IMG/VR virus record: IMGVR_UViG_3300043447_000100
Location: 1 to 64,000 of that record
DNA length: 64,000 bases
Direction: 5' to 3' (one strand)
From: a virus
Taxonomy: Duplodnaviria > Caudoviricetes
Part shown: positions 21,856 through 31,334 of the stretch, piece after piece
Position numbering within the stretch: the stretch's first letter is position 1
Layout of the letters: each line of letters starts with the position of its first letter
The notes under the pieces: generated by a model
Databases searched by the model: none
What the model was told of the DNA's origin: nothing
The model's input: only the letters and a program-made list of their open reading frames with translations
Made by a program: the position numbers and the translations under genes

Positions 21856-22302
21856 TTAGAGTTGCGATGCTACGCCTGACATAGCATCCAAGGTGATTGC
21901 TACTTTCGCAAAGTCGCCTGACGGGTTGAATGACACATCCATGCCTATGATAACTGAGTTTTCGTATGAGTAAAGTTCAAGTGACTCTAGGTTGATTCTA
22001 GGATCTTGGCCAACTACTCTGCGGACTTCTTGATCGATTTCATCTCTAACATCTGCGGTGTTAGGTTCAAAAATATAGCTCCAGATGGTGGTGCCGTATG
22101 ATGGCTTGCCAGGCTTGTCGCCCTGCTTGATGTTGAACGCATTGAGCAGGTCACGAATAACTAACTCTTTATCTGTGATTAGCGTCTTTCTATTAGCAAC
22201 AGGGCGTTGAGGCGTGTCTGTGATACTGCCAGTTGCGCTGGAAGTAAATTCAGATAGCGGAGTGTTGACGTCCTGCGTAGAAAAGCCTTTGTAGATTGCC
22301 AT
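21856..22302 (-). CDS. gp25: Baseplate wedge subunit / sheath initiator, gp25-like
   Basis: YKGFST...DLLNAFNIKQGDKPGKPSYGTTIWSYIFEP...DPRINL matches the GPW/gp25 family pattern. Confidence 0.88.
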   Translation of the reverse strand: MAIYKGFSTQDVNTPLSEFTSSATGSITDTPQRPVANRKTLITDKELVIRDLLNAFNIKQGDKPGKPSYGTTIWSYIFEPNTADVRDEIDQEVRRVVGQDPRINLESLELYSYENSVIIGMDVSFNPSGDFAKVAITLDAMSGVASQL

Positions 22303-22307
22303 AATGA

Positions 22308-22315
22308 TATTTATG
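22308..22315 (-). promoter_or_regulatory. Late promoter CATAAATA (contains the upstream gene's stop codon), 5 nt before the gp25 ATG
   Basis: Seen directly; no room for a Shine-Dalgarno. Confidence 0.65.
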
Positions 22316-24122
22316 CTGTGCTTGACTGAGATGCGCTGTACTTGTCTTGTGCTAGGCTCAGTGCTTCTAGAGAGGCGTCAAGTTTCGCTCTTGCTGCCGC
22401 TATTTTATCTTCTTGGCCAGGAGTGCTGCCGTAAGTTTCTACAGCGGTGGCTAAACTTAGTTCGTTTGCTCGGACATCGCCGACTGCGTTTTGTAACTCG
22501 GCGTATGCTGTCTTTTGCTTCTCTGCTAACTTGTCGATATTTGCTGTGTTGACTGGCTCATCGCTACTTAATGATGTGAACGGATTAGGAATTCGCACAT
22601 CGCCTAGTAGCTGACCTGCTTTAGCTTTTACTGCCGCGAATGTATTTGTGCCTTCTGCTAACATTGGTGATTTTAAGCCGTCTGCTGATGGGATTGCTGA
22701 TAACGCTGACTCGACTTGAGCCATAGCGCCACCGGCCATTGCTTTTACTTTGTCGAGACTTAAACCGGCAGCGGCGCCTCCCGTGCCAGATAGCATTGAT
22801 GTTAGTTGCTTTGATGTGTTAGAAACTAAGTTGCCGCCTAACGATGATGCTTTGTTTAGAAGGTCGCCTGCGCCAAGCCCAGTTAGTGAAGAAGATACTC
22901 CGCCCGTAGATTTGCCTATTAACGCAAACATAGCGCCAGCACCGCCAGGCAATGCGTTGAGACCGCTCGTCAATGAATTCTTCAGCGTAGAAGTGCCGCC
23001 GGTAAGATTTCCCAGCAGTGAAGATGCTCCTGTTGTCACAGTGCTAATTGCTGATGACGCAAATGCTTTAGATGCTTTTGATATTTTTTGTTTTGCGGCG
23101 GCCATGTCGGCCTCTGCTTTGTTTGCTCGTTCTAAGTCGGCAGCATCACCTGAGTTTCTATAGTCTCGTTTGGCGGCGTAGTATTCTTCTTCTGCGGCAT
23201 CATATTCTGCTTTTGCTGAATCATATGATGCGGCGGCTTTTGATGACGGTGATGCTTCTGTTGTTGATGATGTGACTTTGCCCAGTACATTCTTGACACC
23301 GCCTTTGAGTGAGCCAAATGAACTTTCAACCGCCGAGAACGCTGACTCCATTGTTGACTTTAGCCCAAGCCCGCCTGTGCCTAGCGAGTCTAAACTTGTT
23401 TTGAGACCACCAAGACCGCCAGAGAGCGAGTCGCTTAGACTACCTGCAAGTTTACCGCCTGCTAAGTTGTCTTTGAGACTGCCTAGTGCGCCGGTAATGC
23501 TATCACTATTGATTGACGACAATGCGGAAGTAGATGTGCCGCTCGATGAGCCAAATAAATTTTTGACTGCGCTGACACCCATTGCCGCGGCAGCCATAAT
23601 AGGCCCACTTGATTGTAGTGAGTTTTCTTTTCCTGTTAAAATGCCTGCACTTTTTAGTTTATCTGCGCTACCAGCAATTACTGATTGAATGATGCTAACT
23701 TGCTTGCCTGTATTGTTAATTAGTGACTCACCGGACTGTACGCCTTGTTCGCCTGTTGTTGATGTGCCCAATGCTTCTGCCGGAGGCATGCCTCTTTGAA
23801 TTAATGCGGTCATATGCGCACCAGCGCCCGGAGGAATTGCGTTGGCTGCTTCAAGTTGTCTAACAGTTAGTCCCGTTGCTGCACTAATAACGCCAGCGTT
23901 CTTTAGTTCCTGTTCACTAGCAGATTGAGCATTGACTGCCATCTGAGCAGAGATTGCTTTAATTGCTGATGCTGATACATTATCACTTGAAACTGTAGGA
24001 TTAGGCATCGTAGCAATTTCAGTATTTGAAGCAGGATTAAGAGGAGTTGATGCCGTGTTAGTATTAAGGGCATCGACTGCTACTGTAGTATTAGTAGAGG
24101 TTGAATCAATAATCATACTCAT
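22311..24122 (-). CDS. Ser/Gly/Ala-rich hypothetical virion protein (~603 aa), translationally coupled to gp5
   Basis: ORF track starts at 24152, but ATG 24122 overlaps the gp5 stop (ATGA) and has an AGGA RBS; low-complexity, helical-looking sequence. Confidence 0.7.
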   Translation of the reverse strand: MSMIIDSTSTNTTVAVDALNTNTASTPLNPASNTEIATMPNPTVSSDNVSASAIKAISAQMAVNAQSASEQELKNAGVISAATGLTVRQLEAANAIPPGAGAHMTALIQRGMPPAEALGTSTTGEQGVQSGESLINNTGKQVSIIQSVIAGSADKLKSAGILTGKENSLQSSGPIMAAAAMGVSAVKNLFGSSSGTSTSALSSINSDSITGALGSLKDNLAGGKLAGSLSDSLSGGLGGLKTSLDSLGTGGLGLKSTMESAFSAVESSFGSLKGGVKNVLGKVTSSTTEASPSSKAAASYDSAKAEYDAAEEEYYAAKRDYRNSGDAADLERANKAEADMAAAKQKISKASKAFASSAISTVTTGASSLLGNLTGGTSTLKNSLTSGLNALPGGAGAMFALIGKSTGGVSSSLTGLGAGDLLNKASSLGGNLVSNTSKQLTSMLSGTGGAAAGLSLDKVKAMAGGAMAQVESALSAIPSADGLKSPMLAEGTNTFAAVKAKAGQLLGDVRIPNPFTSLSSDEPVNTANIDKLAEKQKTAYAELQNAVGDVRANELSLATAVETYGSTPGQEDKIAAARAKLDASLEALSLAQDKYSASQSSTA

Positions 24123-25531
24123 TTTGGAATTCCTTTGCCTGCCGCTGGCCATGGATGATGAGTAGGTGCTCTACTTGTAACGCTTTCGAAACCTTTAGGC
24201 GCTGGCACAATCCAACCAACTGTTGGCGACTTTGCTGCATCAACATGAGATACTTTAGTCAATGAAGGCACTTCCGCTGCGGTTAGACCACTGCCACCTG
24301 AGTTTAGATTTACTTTAGCGCCTTGTAGCGATAATGTGCCGCCAGCTTCAACACCTGCTTTGCCACCGGCGTTCATAATCATTGAGCCGCCGATTTTGAA
24401 AGAATAATTTGACGCGGCATAACCTTGAAATGATGTACCTGTTTTGAACGCCATATCTTTGACGCTTTCAACTTTCATCGTGCCGCCGGCATACATTTGT
24501 AAGTCTTTACCAGCATTGATGTTTACATTCTTGTCTGCGTGTAAGTTTAGATCACCCTCTGTTCGTACATTGAATGAGTTCTTTGAAAAAATATCTATTG
24601 TGCCTTCTTTTCCTAACTCGATCCACGAATCGCCGTTTGAATGAATGATGAACAGAGTTTGTTCACTGTCATTCATCATAATTTGATGACCGGAAGCTGT
24701 TCTAATGCGAACTAAATTGTCAGCGCCGTACAAGTCGCCATCATCCATAACAAATGTATGACCGCCTGTTCTGCCGATTACTTTTAGTTTCGATTCGTCG
24801 GCACTGCCTACTGCTTGTGACGCAGTTTTAGCATTGTAGCCTCCTTCAAACATTAAACCGCCAGGAGTAGAGAAGCCAAATACTTTGCTTGGGCTTTCAC
24901 GCTGAGCACTTGATGAAATAGGGCCGCGAACTTTGTCACGAATCAGGCCTTGATTTTCGAAAATTGCTGATTGATAGCTATGAACCGGCTTAGGTTGATC
25001 GTAGACTGTGCCACTCTTAGCAACACTAGGGTCATTAAGATTCACGTTTGTTGTTGGTAGTCTGTCAACGCCGCCGTATGTTGTTGCTTCTTCACCGTTT
25101 GGAACTACCGAGCTTGAAGCGCCAATCGCAGGTATCATTGATAGTCCGCCAATAGGAGGCACACAGCCAATGTAGTAGCCGTTACCAGGAACAATTCTGC
25201 CGCCAGGGAACACACAAATAACTTCTGTGCCGATATCGGGCGCGGTTGCCCAAAAGCCATAGCTCATAGGATTGCCAACGAAGTTGCCGTCGCCACTTGT
25301 CGAGCCTTTACCGGTAAATGTACCAGAGAATGGACTCAAGTATCGGACAGGCATTAGGGCGCCACCGTCCTCACTGTCGGAACTAGCGCCACTACCGGCA
25401 AGATATACTTCAATCATACCGCTTCGTGTATCGTCTTGATTCTTCTTTACGATACCAACTCTAATAGAGTCGCCACTAGAACTATAATCTGACGATGGTT
25501 TTGAACTTTGGTTATCTTCATTTTGTGCCAT
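24119..25531 (-). CDS. gp5: Baseplate central spike, gp5/VgrG-like (OB fold plus beta-helix, no lysozyme domain)
   Basis: GIVKKNQDDTRSGMIEVYL...YGFWATAPDIGTEVICVF (gp5 OB fold), then GHTFVMDDG, RTASGHQIMMND, SWIELGKEGTIDI and 8-residue beta-helix repeats. Confidence 0.85.
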   Translation of the reverse strand: MAQNEDNQSSKPSSDYSSSGDSIRVGIVKKNQDDTRSGMIEVYLAGSGASSDSEDGGALMPVRYLSPFSGTFTGKGSTSGDGNFVGNPMSYGFWATAPDIGTEVICVFPGGRIVPGNGYYIGCVPPIGGLSMIPAIGASSSVVPNGEEATTYGGVDRLPTTNVNLNDPSVAKSGTVYDQPKPVHSYQSAIFENQGLIRDKVRGPISSSAQRESPSKVFGFSTPGGLMFEGGYNAKTASQAVGSADESKLKVIGRTGGHTFVMDDGDLYGADNLVRIRTASGHQIMMNDSEQTLFIIHSNGDSWIELGKEGTIDIFSKNSFNVRTEGDLNLHADKNVNINAGKDLQMYAGGTMKVESVKDMAFKTGTSFQGYAASNYSFKIGGSMIMNAGGKAGVEAGGTLSLQGAKVNLNSGGSGLTAAEVPSLTKVSHVDAAKSPTVGWIVPAPKGFESVTSRAPTHHPWPAAGKGIPK

Positions 25532-25544
25532 AGCTTATCCTAAT

Positions 25545-27524
25545 TTAATCTCTACCACCAGTATCTTCATCTGTTGTTTCACTGCTAGGATCATAGCCAT
25601 CAGTAAACAGCAATGTTTCATCAACAATAATACAATCTAACACTTGAATAAACGAACCTTTTGAAAATGTACTTTCTACTTTGATTACTCTGTATACCAT
25701 TCCATCGATTCCGGCATCTTTAGGTTTACTTGTTCTATAAAACTGCAACTTGTCAGTAATGTCCATCAGCCCATTGTCTTTATAATCTATTGCCATTTTG
25801 AAATTTATTTCAATTAGCACTTGTCCGCTTAGTGGATTTATTGAGCCGTCATTGCTTGATAGCTTTTCGACGCCGGCTGCTAAGCTAATACCGGTCACGG
25901 TCATTAAGTAATCAGGGTCACCCATGATTTTAATTTTGGCCATACTTTGATCGCCAGGACTGTATAGGGTTGCTTTGACACTGTTGTTAATTGCCGCACT
26001 CTGATACAAACCAGCGCCAATATCATCTGTTTTTTCTGTTGATTTAGGAACGACTGGCACACTGCCTGTTTTATTAGGAGCTTCATCCTTGTTAGTGCTC
26101 ATTGAAGAAGTCACATAGTAAAGCTGATTGTATTCTTGAGTATAAGATAGAATTTCAGTATTCTCGCCAGTGAACAAATAGTTATAACGCTTATAAGGAC
26201 CCTTGTATATACAATTTTTGCCTACGTAATTAGAACGAACAAAGAAAACATCATATGGCTTGATTTGAAATTTCACATCATAAATCCATGTTTTATTTTT
26301 ATTGATGCCTTTTGCTTGAACTACTGGATTGACTGAGTACCACTGTAGCGGCTTGATTGGTGTTTTTGATATGTTCTTTGCTTCAGCATCTTGCGTTTTT
26401 AATGTATTCAGTGCCTCAGTGACGAATTCACTCTTTGTGATGATTGCATCAATAACTGCTGAAATTTTTGAACCGCCTTTAATAACGATTGCTTGCTTTT
26501 GAGTATCAAAACTTGTAGAGCTATAACTATCAGCAATGTTAACTTGCGTTGCTGATTTTTCTTGACTACCAGTTGCGGTCTTAGATGAGAACGTGGCATC
26601 ATTTACTAATCTTGCGGCAGGAATACCAGTAGTAGTTTCTTTATTGTTCTCATCTAAGAATTGAAAAGATACTTTGTATTCAACATCGTTTTGATTGCGT
26701 TCAATGCTTCTATTCACAGCATCATTTATTTGTTCAGATAAACTCTTTGATGATTTATCAGCGGTGCCTGATAGTATGTCGCCTACAGTCTTGCCTCTGA
26801 TAGTCATTGTTTCTTTGATTTCGCCTTGCATGTTGCCAAATGCTACCTGCTCGCCGACGATTACTGCTTCGACGTTATAGACTACCATCTTGCCGTCGAG
26901 TTTGAATTTCATGTTTGCGATTTTCAACTGAAAGTATCGCTGAATAACTGCGTTCTCGTCACCATCGCCACCGCCATTATCATAGCCTTGAACTTCAGGA
27001 CTACTGCTTGTGACGATATTACCGTTTATATCGTAGCCATAGAACTTGATGCCCAAGACAAAATGCTGGTTGAACCCGTTTGCTTCGTAGTCATCTGGTT
27101 GATCTTTTAAGATTTCGCTCTCGGCATTCAACTCACGAGATGCTTTGATCATATCAGTGAGGAATGAAAAGCCTTGTGTTTCAATGATTTTAAACTTTAC
27201 GCTAGTGCCGATCGATGCGATGTTTTCTCCGCCCGGCAATACGCTTGAGATTACGATGTTGTCGATATAGTAGTCGTAGCCTTCTTTTCCGGCGCCTAAT
27301 GTTCCGTCGAGTGTTAGTAGACGATCTTCAATTTCGTTATTGATGCCGCCGCTTTGAGCTATGATATACACGCCGTTACCATGTCCCTTTAACTCACTCA
27401 TGCTACCAGACTCAGCATAAGTGTTAAACGCTTCGGGCGTAAGCATGTATAGTGCGGCACTATAGGTCGCACTACTAAACTTGCTTAGCGGGTTAGGTTT
27501 GACTGTGCTGTTTGAGTCTGCCAT
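25545..27524 (-). CDS. Probable baseplate hub protein (gp27-like position), 659 aa
   Basis: Lies between gp53-like and gp5 genes; C-terminal AKIKIMGDPDY and GMVYRVIKVESTFSKGSFIQVL resemble hub-protein barrel ends. Confidence 0.55.
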   Translation of the reverse strand: MADSNSTVKPNPLSKFSSATYSAALYMLTPEAFNTYAESGSMSELKGHGNGVYIIAQSGGINNEIEDRLLTLDGTLGAGKEGYDYYIDNIVISSVLPGGENIASIGTSVKFKIIETQGFSFLTDMIKASRELNAESEILKDQPDDYEANGFNQHFVLGIKFYGYDINGNIVTSSSPEVQGYDNGGGDGDENAVIQRYFQLKIANMKFKLDGKMVVYNVEAVIVGEQVAFGNMQGEIKETMTIRGKTVGDILSGTADKSSKSLSEQINDAVNRSIERNQNDVEYKVSFQFLDENNKETTTGIPAARLVNDATFSSKTATGSQEKSATQVNIADSYSSTSFDTQKQAIVIKGGSKISAVIDAIITKSEFVTEALNTLKTQDAEAKNISKTPIKPLQWYSVNPVVQAKGINKNKTWIYDVKFQIKPYDVFFVRSNYVGKNCIYKGPYKRYNYLFTGENTEILSYTQEYNQLYYVTSSMSTNKDEAPNKTGSVPVVPKSTEKTDDIGAGLYQSAAINNSVKATLYSPGDQSMAKIKIMGDPDYLMTVTGISLAAGVEKLSSNDGSINPLSGQVLIEINFKMAIDYKDNGLMDITDKLQFYRTSKPKDAGIDGMVYRVIKVESTFSKGSFIQVLDCIIVDETLLFTDGYDPSSETTDEDTGGRD

Positions 27525-27525
27525 G

Positions 27526-27825
27526 TTAGAGTCCTAGTGCTCCAAAAACATATTCTTTTGTTGGTAGGTAGATGTAAGTGCCCAAAGCAAAATCAAATAG
27601 AGGATCTTTTAGCGTGTCTGGATTGCGCTGAGCAAATACCCACCACAATTTACTATCTCCATATAAGTCATGCGCTAATAAGTCAGGACGATGATTATAA
27701 GTAGCAGTAATCATCCAATAATTGTCATCCGCTTTTCCATAGATAGGACGATTTACCATGAAATCTAAAAATTTGTCGTTAACTGTTTTTGTACTTTTGT
27801 ATGGACTAGTTGCTGGATATTTCAT
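27526..27825 (-). CDS. gp53: Baseplate wedge protein, gp53-like LysM-type (~99 aa)
   Basis: YNHRPDLLAHDLYGDSKLWWVFAQRN motif; start moved to ATG 27825 (TAATG overlap, GGAGG RBS). Confidence 0.8.
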   Translation of the reverse strand: MKYPATSPYKSTKTVNDKFLDFMVNRPIYGKADDNYWMITATYNHRPDLLAHDLYGDSKLWWVFAQRNPDTLKDPLFDFALGTYIYLPTKEYVFGALGL

Positions 27826-29216
27826 TACCACATACCTCCGCCGAAGCCGGCATTTTTGCTACCTTGTAGTAGTTTACCACTAGCATAGTCTGTTAGGCTG
27901 AACTTATTACTAACAGCATATCTAGTTATCATTGGGTTGAATGTCAATGAAATTGATATTTTTGTAGGCACACGAGTCATGCCTGCGCTTGATACTGTGT
28001 TCTGTGCAGCGCCGCCTGAAGTAGGCGTGCCGCGTGTTGTTAGACCTGCGCCGAATAGTCGCATTACGCTATTGATTGCTCCGCCGATTGCGCCTAGCTC
28101 TCTGCCGAAACCTGGTTGCTGAAACGGTGTTAGACTTGCGCCGTTGATGCCGGTAGTGCCACCGTTAGGGTAAGCGTTGATATAGTCAACATCGTTAGGC
28201 AGGGTGTATGTGAAGTTTGTTAGCACGACAGGGTGATTGTCAAACTGATACTCGCCGAGGCCGCTCAAATAGAGCAGTGGTGGCGGCACACCGCGGTTCT
28301 TGTCTTGACCGTAGAACATCTTTGTAGCACTGCGACAGAAGTGAATAACAGCAAGCATATAGTTTGCTTCAGTAATGTCTTGTGCTGTAAAGTCGCCCGT
28401 GACTGTGATGTTTTCTACAGCACTGCCTTGATATGTGTAGACATTATAGTTGCTGTGAGCGATTGAATTAGTGTCATACTTAGCAGTGTAAGCAACTGAA
28501 ATCGTGGGCGTGTATGGGAAAATAACACCCTTGCCCTTTAGTGGCGCTAAGATGCCTGGGTTAGGTGCGTTGTAAAGATAATCACTTTGTGGTGCGAGTT
28601 TGATTCTGAAACGCCAGTCAGGTGATGATGCGAAGGGGACTGGCGCCGCTACGCCTGTGCCTGCGGCTTGACCTCCACCCGCGGCTGCTTCTAAATCTGC
28701 GTCTGTAGGTTGAGAGTCATTGTTGTATGCGTCTTCGGCATCTTGTCTTGCTTTTTCAAACGGGTCTTCATCAGGATTTACCCCTTCTTGTTCTTTGCCT
28801 GGACCAATACTTTCCTGAGTAGTGTTGTTACTGGTTACGCCTTCTTGATCAATGTATTCTGTTGGGTTTCCCTTCGTAGTAGAAACGCCAGAGTAGTATG
28901 GCTGTCCTGATTCTGGATTTATATGCCAGCCATATCTTAAATTACCAGTCTCATCGTATGGTGTGCCTGCTGGATCAATAGGAGTGGCAGTAGGAGTATT
29001 GGTCGCAGTTGTTACTTTTGTGGCGGCATTCAGTGATGCGTTAGTATCAGCTAATTGTTGATTCAGATTGCCTACTTCCGCTTTCAATTTGGCAATATAA
29101 GCCTGATTCATCTGATAATTTGGGTTGATGTTGGCCAAACTCGCTTGCTTGATTCGCAGAGATTCAATAATAGATGCTTTTTGTGCTAACAATGCGTCAA
29201 TGTTTGCCTGTGCCAT
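27825..29216 (-). CDS. Probable tail tube initiator / baseplate-tube junction protein (gp48/gp54-like), ~463 aa
   Basis: Tube-fold-like core VIFPYTPTISVAY...ENITVTGDFTAQ...PPPLLYLSGLG...PVVLTNFTYTLP...VPTKISISLTFNP; start moved to ATG 29216 (AAGGA RBS, late promoter upstream). Confidence 0.65.
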   Translation of the reverse strand: MAQANIDALLAQKASIIESLRIKQASLANINPNYQMNQAYIAKLKAEVGNLNQQLADTNASLNAATKVTTATNTPTATPIDPAGTPYDETGNLRYGWHINPESGQPYYSGVSTTKGNPTEYIDQEGVTSNNTTQESIGPGKEQEGVNPDEDPFEKARQDAEDAYNNDSQPTDADLEAAAGGGQAAGTGVAAPVPFASSPDWRFRIKLAPQSDYLYNAPNPGILAPLKGKGVIFPYTPTISVAYTAKYDTNSIAHSNYNVYTYQGSAVENITVTGDFTAQDITEANYMLAVIHFCRSATKMFYGQDKNRGVPPPLLYLSGLGEYQFDNHPVVLTNFTYTLPNDVDYINAYPNGGTTGINGASLTPFQQPGFGRELGAIGGAINSVMRLFGAGLTTRGTPTSGGAAQNTVSSAGMTRVPTKISISLTFNPMITRYAVSNKFSLTDYASGKLLQGSKNAGFGGGMW

Positions 29217-29241
29217 GGGTGGTTGTCCTTTTACTAAATAG

Positions 29242-29249
29242 TATTTATC
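29242..29249 (-). promoter_or_regulatory. Late promoter GATAAATA heading the baseplate operon
   Basis: Motif 25 nt upstream of ATG 29216. Confidence 0.75.
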
Positions 29250-29283
29250 GCCACAAAAACCGCTGTTTTTCATCCATTTTCTA

Positions 29284-29311
29284 TTGACTTTAGATATGGA
29301 TGTTGTATACT
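29284..29311 (+). promoter_or_regulatory. Sigma70-type promoter TTGACT-N16-TATACT for gp55
   Basis: Near-consensus -35/-10 boxes 20 nt upstream of the ATG. Confidence 0.65.
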
Positions 29312-29331
29312 AATGTTTTACAACTACATTT

Positions 29332-30231
29332 ATGAGTCTAGCACCTAAAAAACCCGTCAACTATCTAAACAACAAAGACATTCTCAAAGAGATACACCTA
29401 AGCAAAAATACATATTGCTCCTATTCAAAACCTGAGTATCATCAGTATGATTTTATCGTGGATTACGAAGATAACAGTAATCTAGAAGCTAATTTAGAGT
29501 ATGCCTCCAGCGAAGAAGTCATCAAAAAAGCTAAGGAAACTCGTGCCTTACGCAACGATATTGAGCAGAATTTGCCTAAGGGCACTACTGATCCTGAGTC
29601 TATTGATACTACTGATTTGATCTTTAGAGTCATGACCTGGGATCATATTCCTATGGCTCCTAAGGCTCCAAAAAAGATTGCCAAGAAGAAGTCAGCTAAG
29701 GACATCTTTGATTTTGACGAGGAGGAAGACATTTTTGAGGAACTAGAAGCAGTTGCTCCGGTCAAGAATGTTGACGACTTAGTTCATGTTCGGGTCAACT
29801 TCCCGCCGTTTCAACATTTCAAGTTCAATCGTGTTGGCAGTCTAGTTTGCGTCGGCAAATCACACTGGGAAGGCGATATGAAGACCGGCGAGTTTGCTCG
29901 TGACAAAGGTCAGATTACAAATAAACTAGCCCGCATGTATTTGAAACTGTGCGAGAAGTATGGCACAAAGTGGAACTGGCGCGGCTACTCTTACAACGAC
30001 GAAATGCGAGGCAGTGCTATCTTACAGTTGACTTATGTTGGTCTACGATTCAACGAGGCAAAGTCAAATAATCCGTTCGCTTACTTTACCGCAGTGTTGA
30101 ACAATTCATTCTGTCGGGTTCTCAACACTGAGAAGAAGAATCAAAGTATTCGTGACGACATTATGGAATACAACGGCCTCGCTCCATCTTTCACTAGACA
30201 ATTCGCAAACGAATACAAAGCACAAGAATAA
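29332..30231 (+). CDS. gp55: Late-transcription sigma factor, T4 gp55-like (299 aa, with a large insertion)
   Basis: NYLNNKDIL N-terminus, NWRGYSYNDEM and FNEAKSNNPFAYFT...NSFCRVLNTEKK; adjacent to gp47/gp46 as in T4-like phages. Confidence 0.88.
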   Translation: MSLAPKKPVNYLNNKDILKEIHLSKNTYCSYSKPEYHQYDFIVDYEDNSNLEANLEYASSEEVIKKAKETRALRNDIEQNLPKGTTDPESIDTTDLIFRVMTWDHIPMAPKAPKKIAKKKSAKDIFDFDEEEDIFEELEAVAPVKNVDDLVHVRVNFPPFQHFKFNRVGSLVCVGKSHWEGDMKTGEFARDKGQITNKLARMYLKLCEKYGTKWNWRGYSYNDEMRGSAILQLTYVGLRFNEAKSNNPFAYFTAVLNNSFCRVLNTEKKNQSIRDDIMEYNGLAPSFTRQFANEYKAQE

Positions 30232-30260
30232 CGGTTTGGTTGTTCTTACTCCAAAAGCAG

Positions 30261-30290
30261 TTGACTTTGTTGACTGCTTTTTGCTATACT
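30261..30290 (+). promoter_or_regulatory. Sigma70-type promoter TTGACT-N18-TATACT with extended -10 (TGn)
   Basis: Seen directly upstream of gp47. Confidence 0.7.
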
Positions 30291-30317
30291 TGTTAGAGAA
30301 TAACTTTTTATTATTAC

Positions 30318-31334
30318 ATGACAAAACTTTTCAACAAGGCCGCAGTATTTACCGATATTCATTTTGGACTAAAGTCAAACTCTATACAACACAATACTGA
30401 TTGTGCTAATTTTGTGGAGTGGTTTATCCAAAACGCAAAAGCAGAAGGTTGTGAGACCTGTTTCTTCTTGGGCGATTATAATCACAATCGTGCAGCTATC
30501 AATATTCAAACTCTACAGTTTGGTTTACGGGCGCTTGAGCGTCTGAGTCAATCATTTGATCAGGTATTCTTTATTGCGGGCAATCACGACCTATATTATC
30601 GTGACAAGCGTGATGTTCATAGTGTCGAGTGGGCAAAACATCTACCCAATGTAAAAATTATTGACGATTGGTTCGAAGCGGGTGATGTTGTTATTGCTCC
30701 CTGGCTCTGCGGTGAAGATTGGAAAAACTTACAGAATAAATCTGGCAAATACTTGTTCGGTCATTTTGAGCTACCGCATTTTTATATGAACGCAATGGTC
30801 GAAATGCCAGATCATCAAGAATTACAAACTAATCACCTCAAAAACTTTGAAAGTGTGTTTAGTGGGCACTTTCACAAGCGTCAACAAAAGGGCAATGTCA
30901 CATACATTGGCAATGCTTTTCCTCATAACTTTAGCGATGTTGGCGATGATGAGCGCGGCATGATGATACTAGAGTGGGGCTGTGAACCCGTGTTCTACAA
31001 ATGGGCAGACGCTCCTAAATTTCGCATCTATACACTAAGTTCGGTGCTAGAAGAACCAGAAAACTTGCTTTTGAAGAACAGTTATGTTAAAGTTAACCTT
31101 GATATTGATATTTCATTTGAAGAGTCAACTTTCTTGCGTGAAACTCTCGTACCACAATACGGATTGCGTGAAATGAGTTTGATTCCTATGCGAACCGATA
31201 TTGAAACTGATTCAACTGACTATACTAATCTTGCGTTTGAATCGGTTGATACTATTATTCAGAAACAAATTGAAGAACTACAAGAAGGTTCATTTGATAA
31301 AAAGCTATTGTTAGACATTTACCGCGCACTATGA
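30318..31334 (+). CDS. gp47: Recombination nuclease subunit (Mre11/SbcD-like)
   Basis: Metallophosphoesterase motifs DIHFG, LGD, GNHD, GHFE, SGHFH. Confidence 0.93.
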   Translation: MTKLFNKAAVFTDIHFGLKSNSIQHNTDCANFVEWFIQNAKAEGCETCFFLGDYNHNRAAINIQTLQFGLRALERLSQSFDQVFFIAGNHDLYYRDKRDVHSVEWAKHLPNVKIIDDWFEAGDVVIAPWLCGEDWKNLQNKSGKYLFGHFELPHFYMNAMVEMPDHQELQTNHLKNFESVFSGHFHKRQQKGNVTYIGNAFPHNFSDVGDDERGMMILEWGCEPVFYKWADAPKFRIYTLSSVLEEPENLLLKNSYVKVNLDIDISFEESTFLRETLVPQYGLREMSLIPMRTDIETDSTDYTNLAFESVDTIIQKQIEELQEGSFDKKLLLDIYRAL

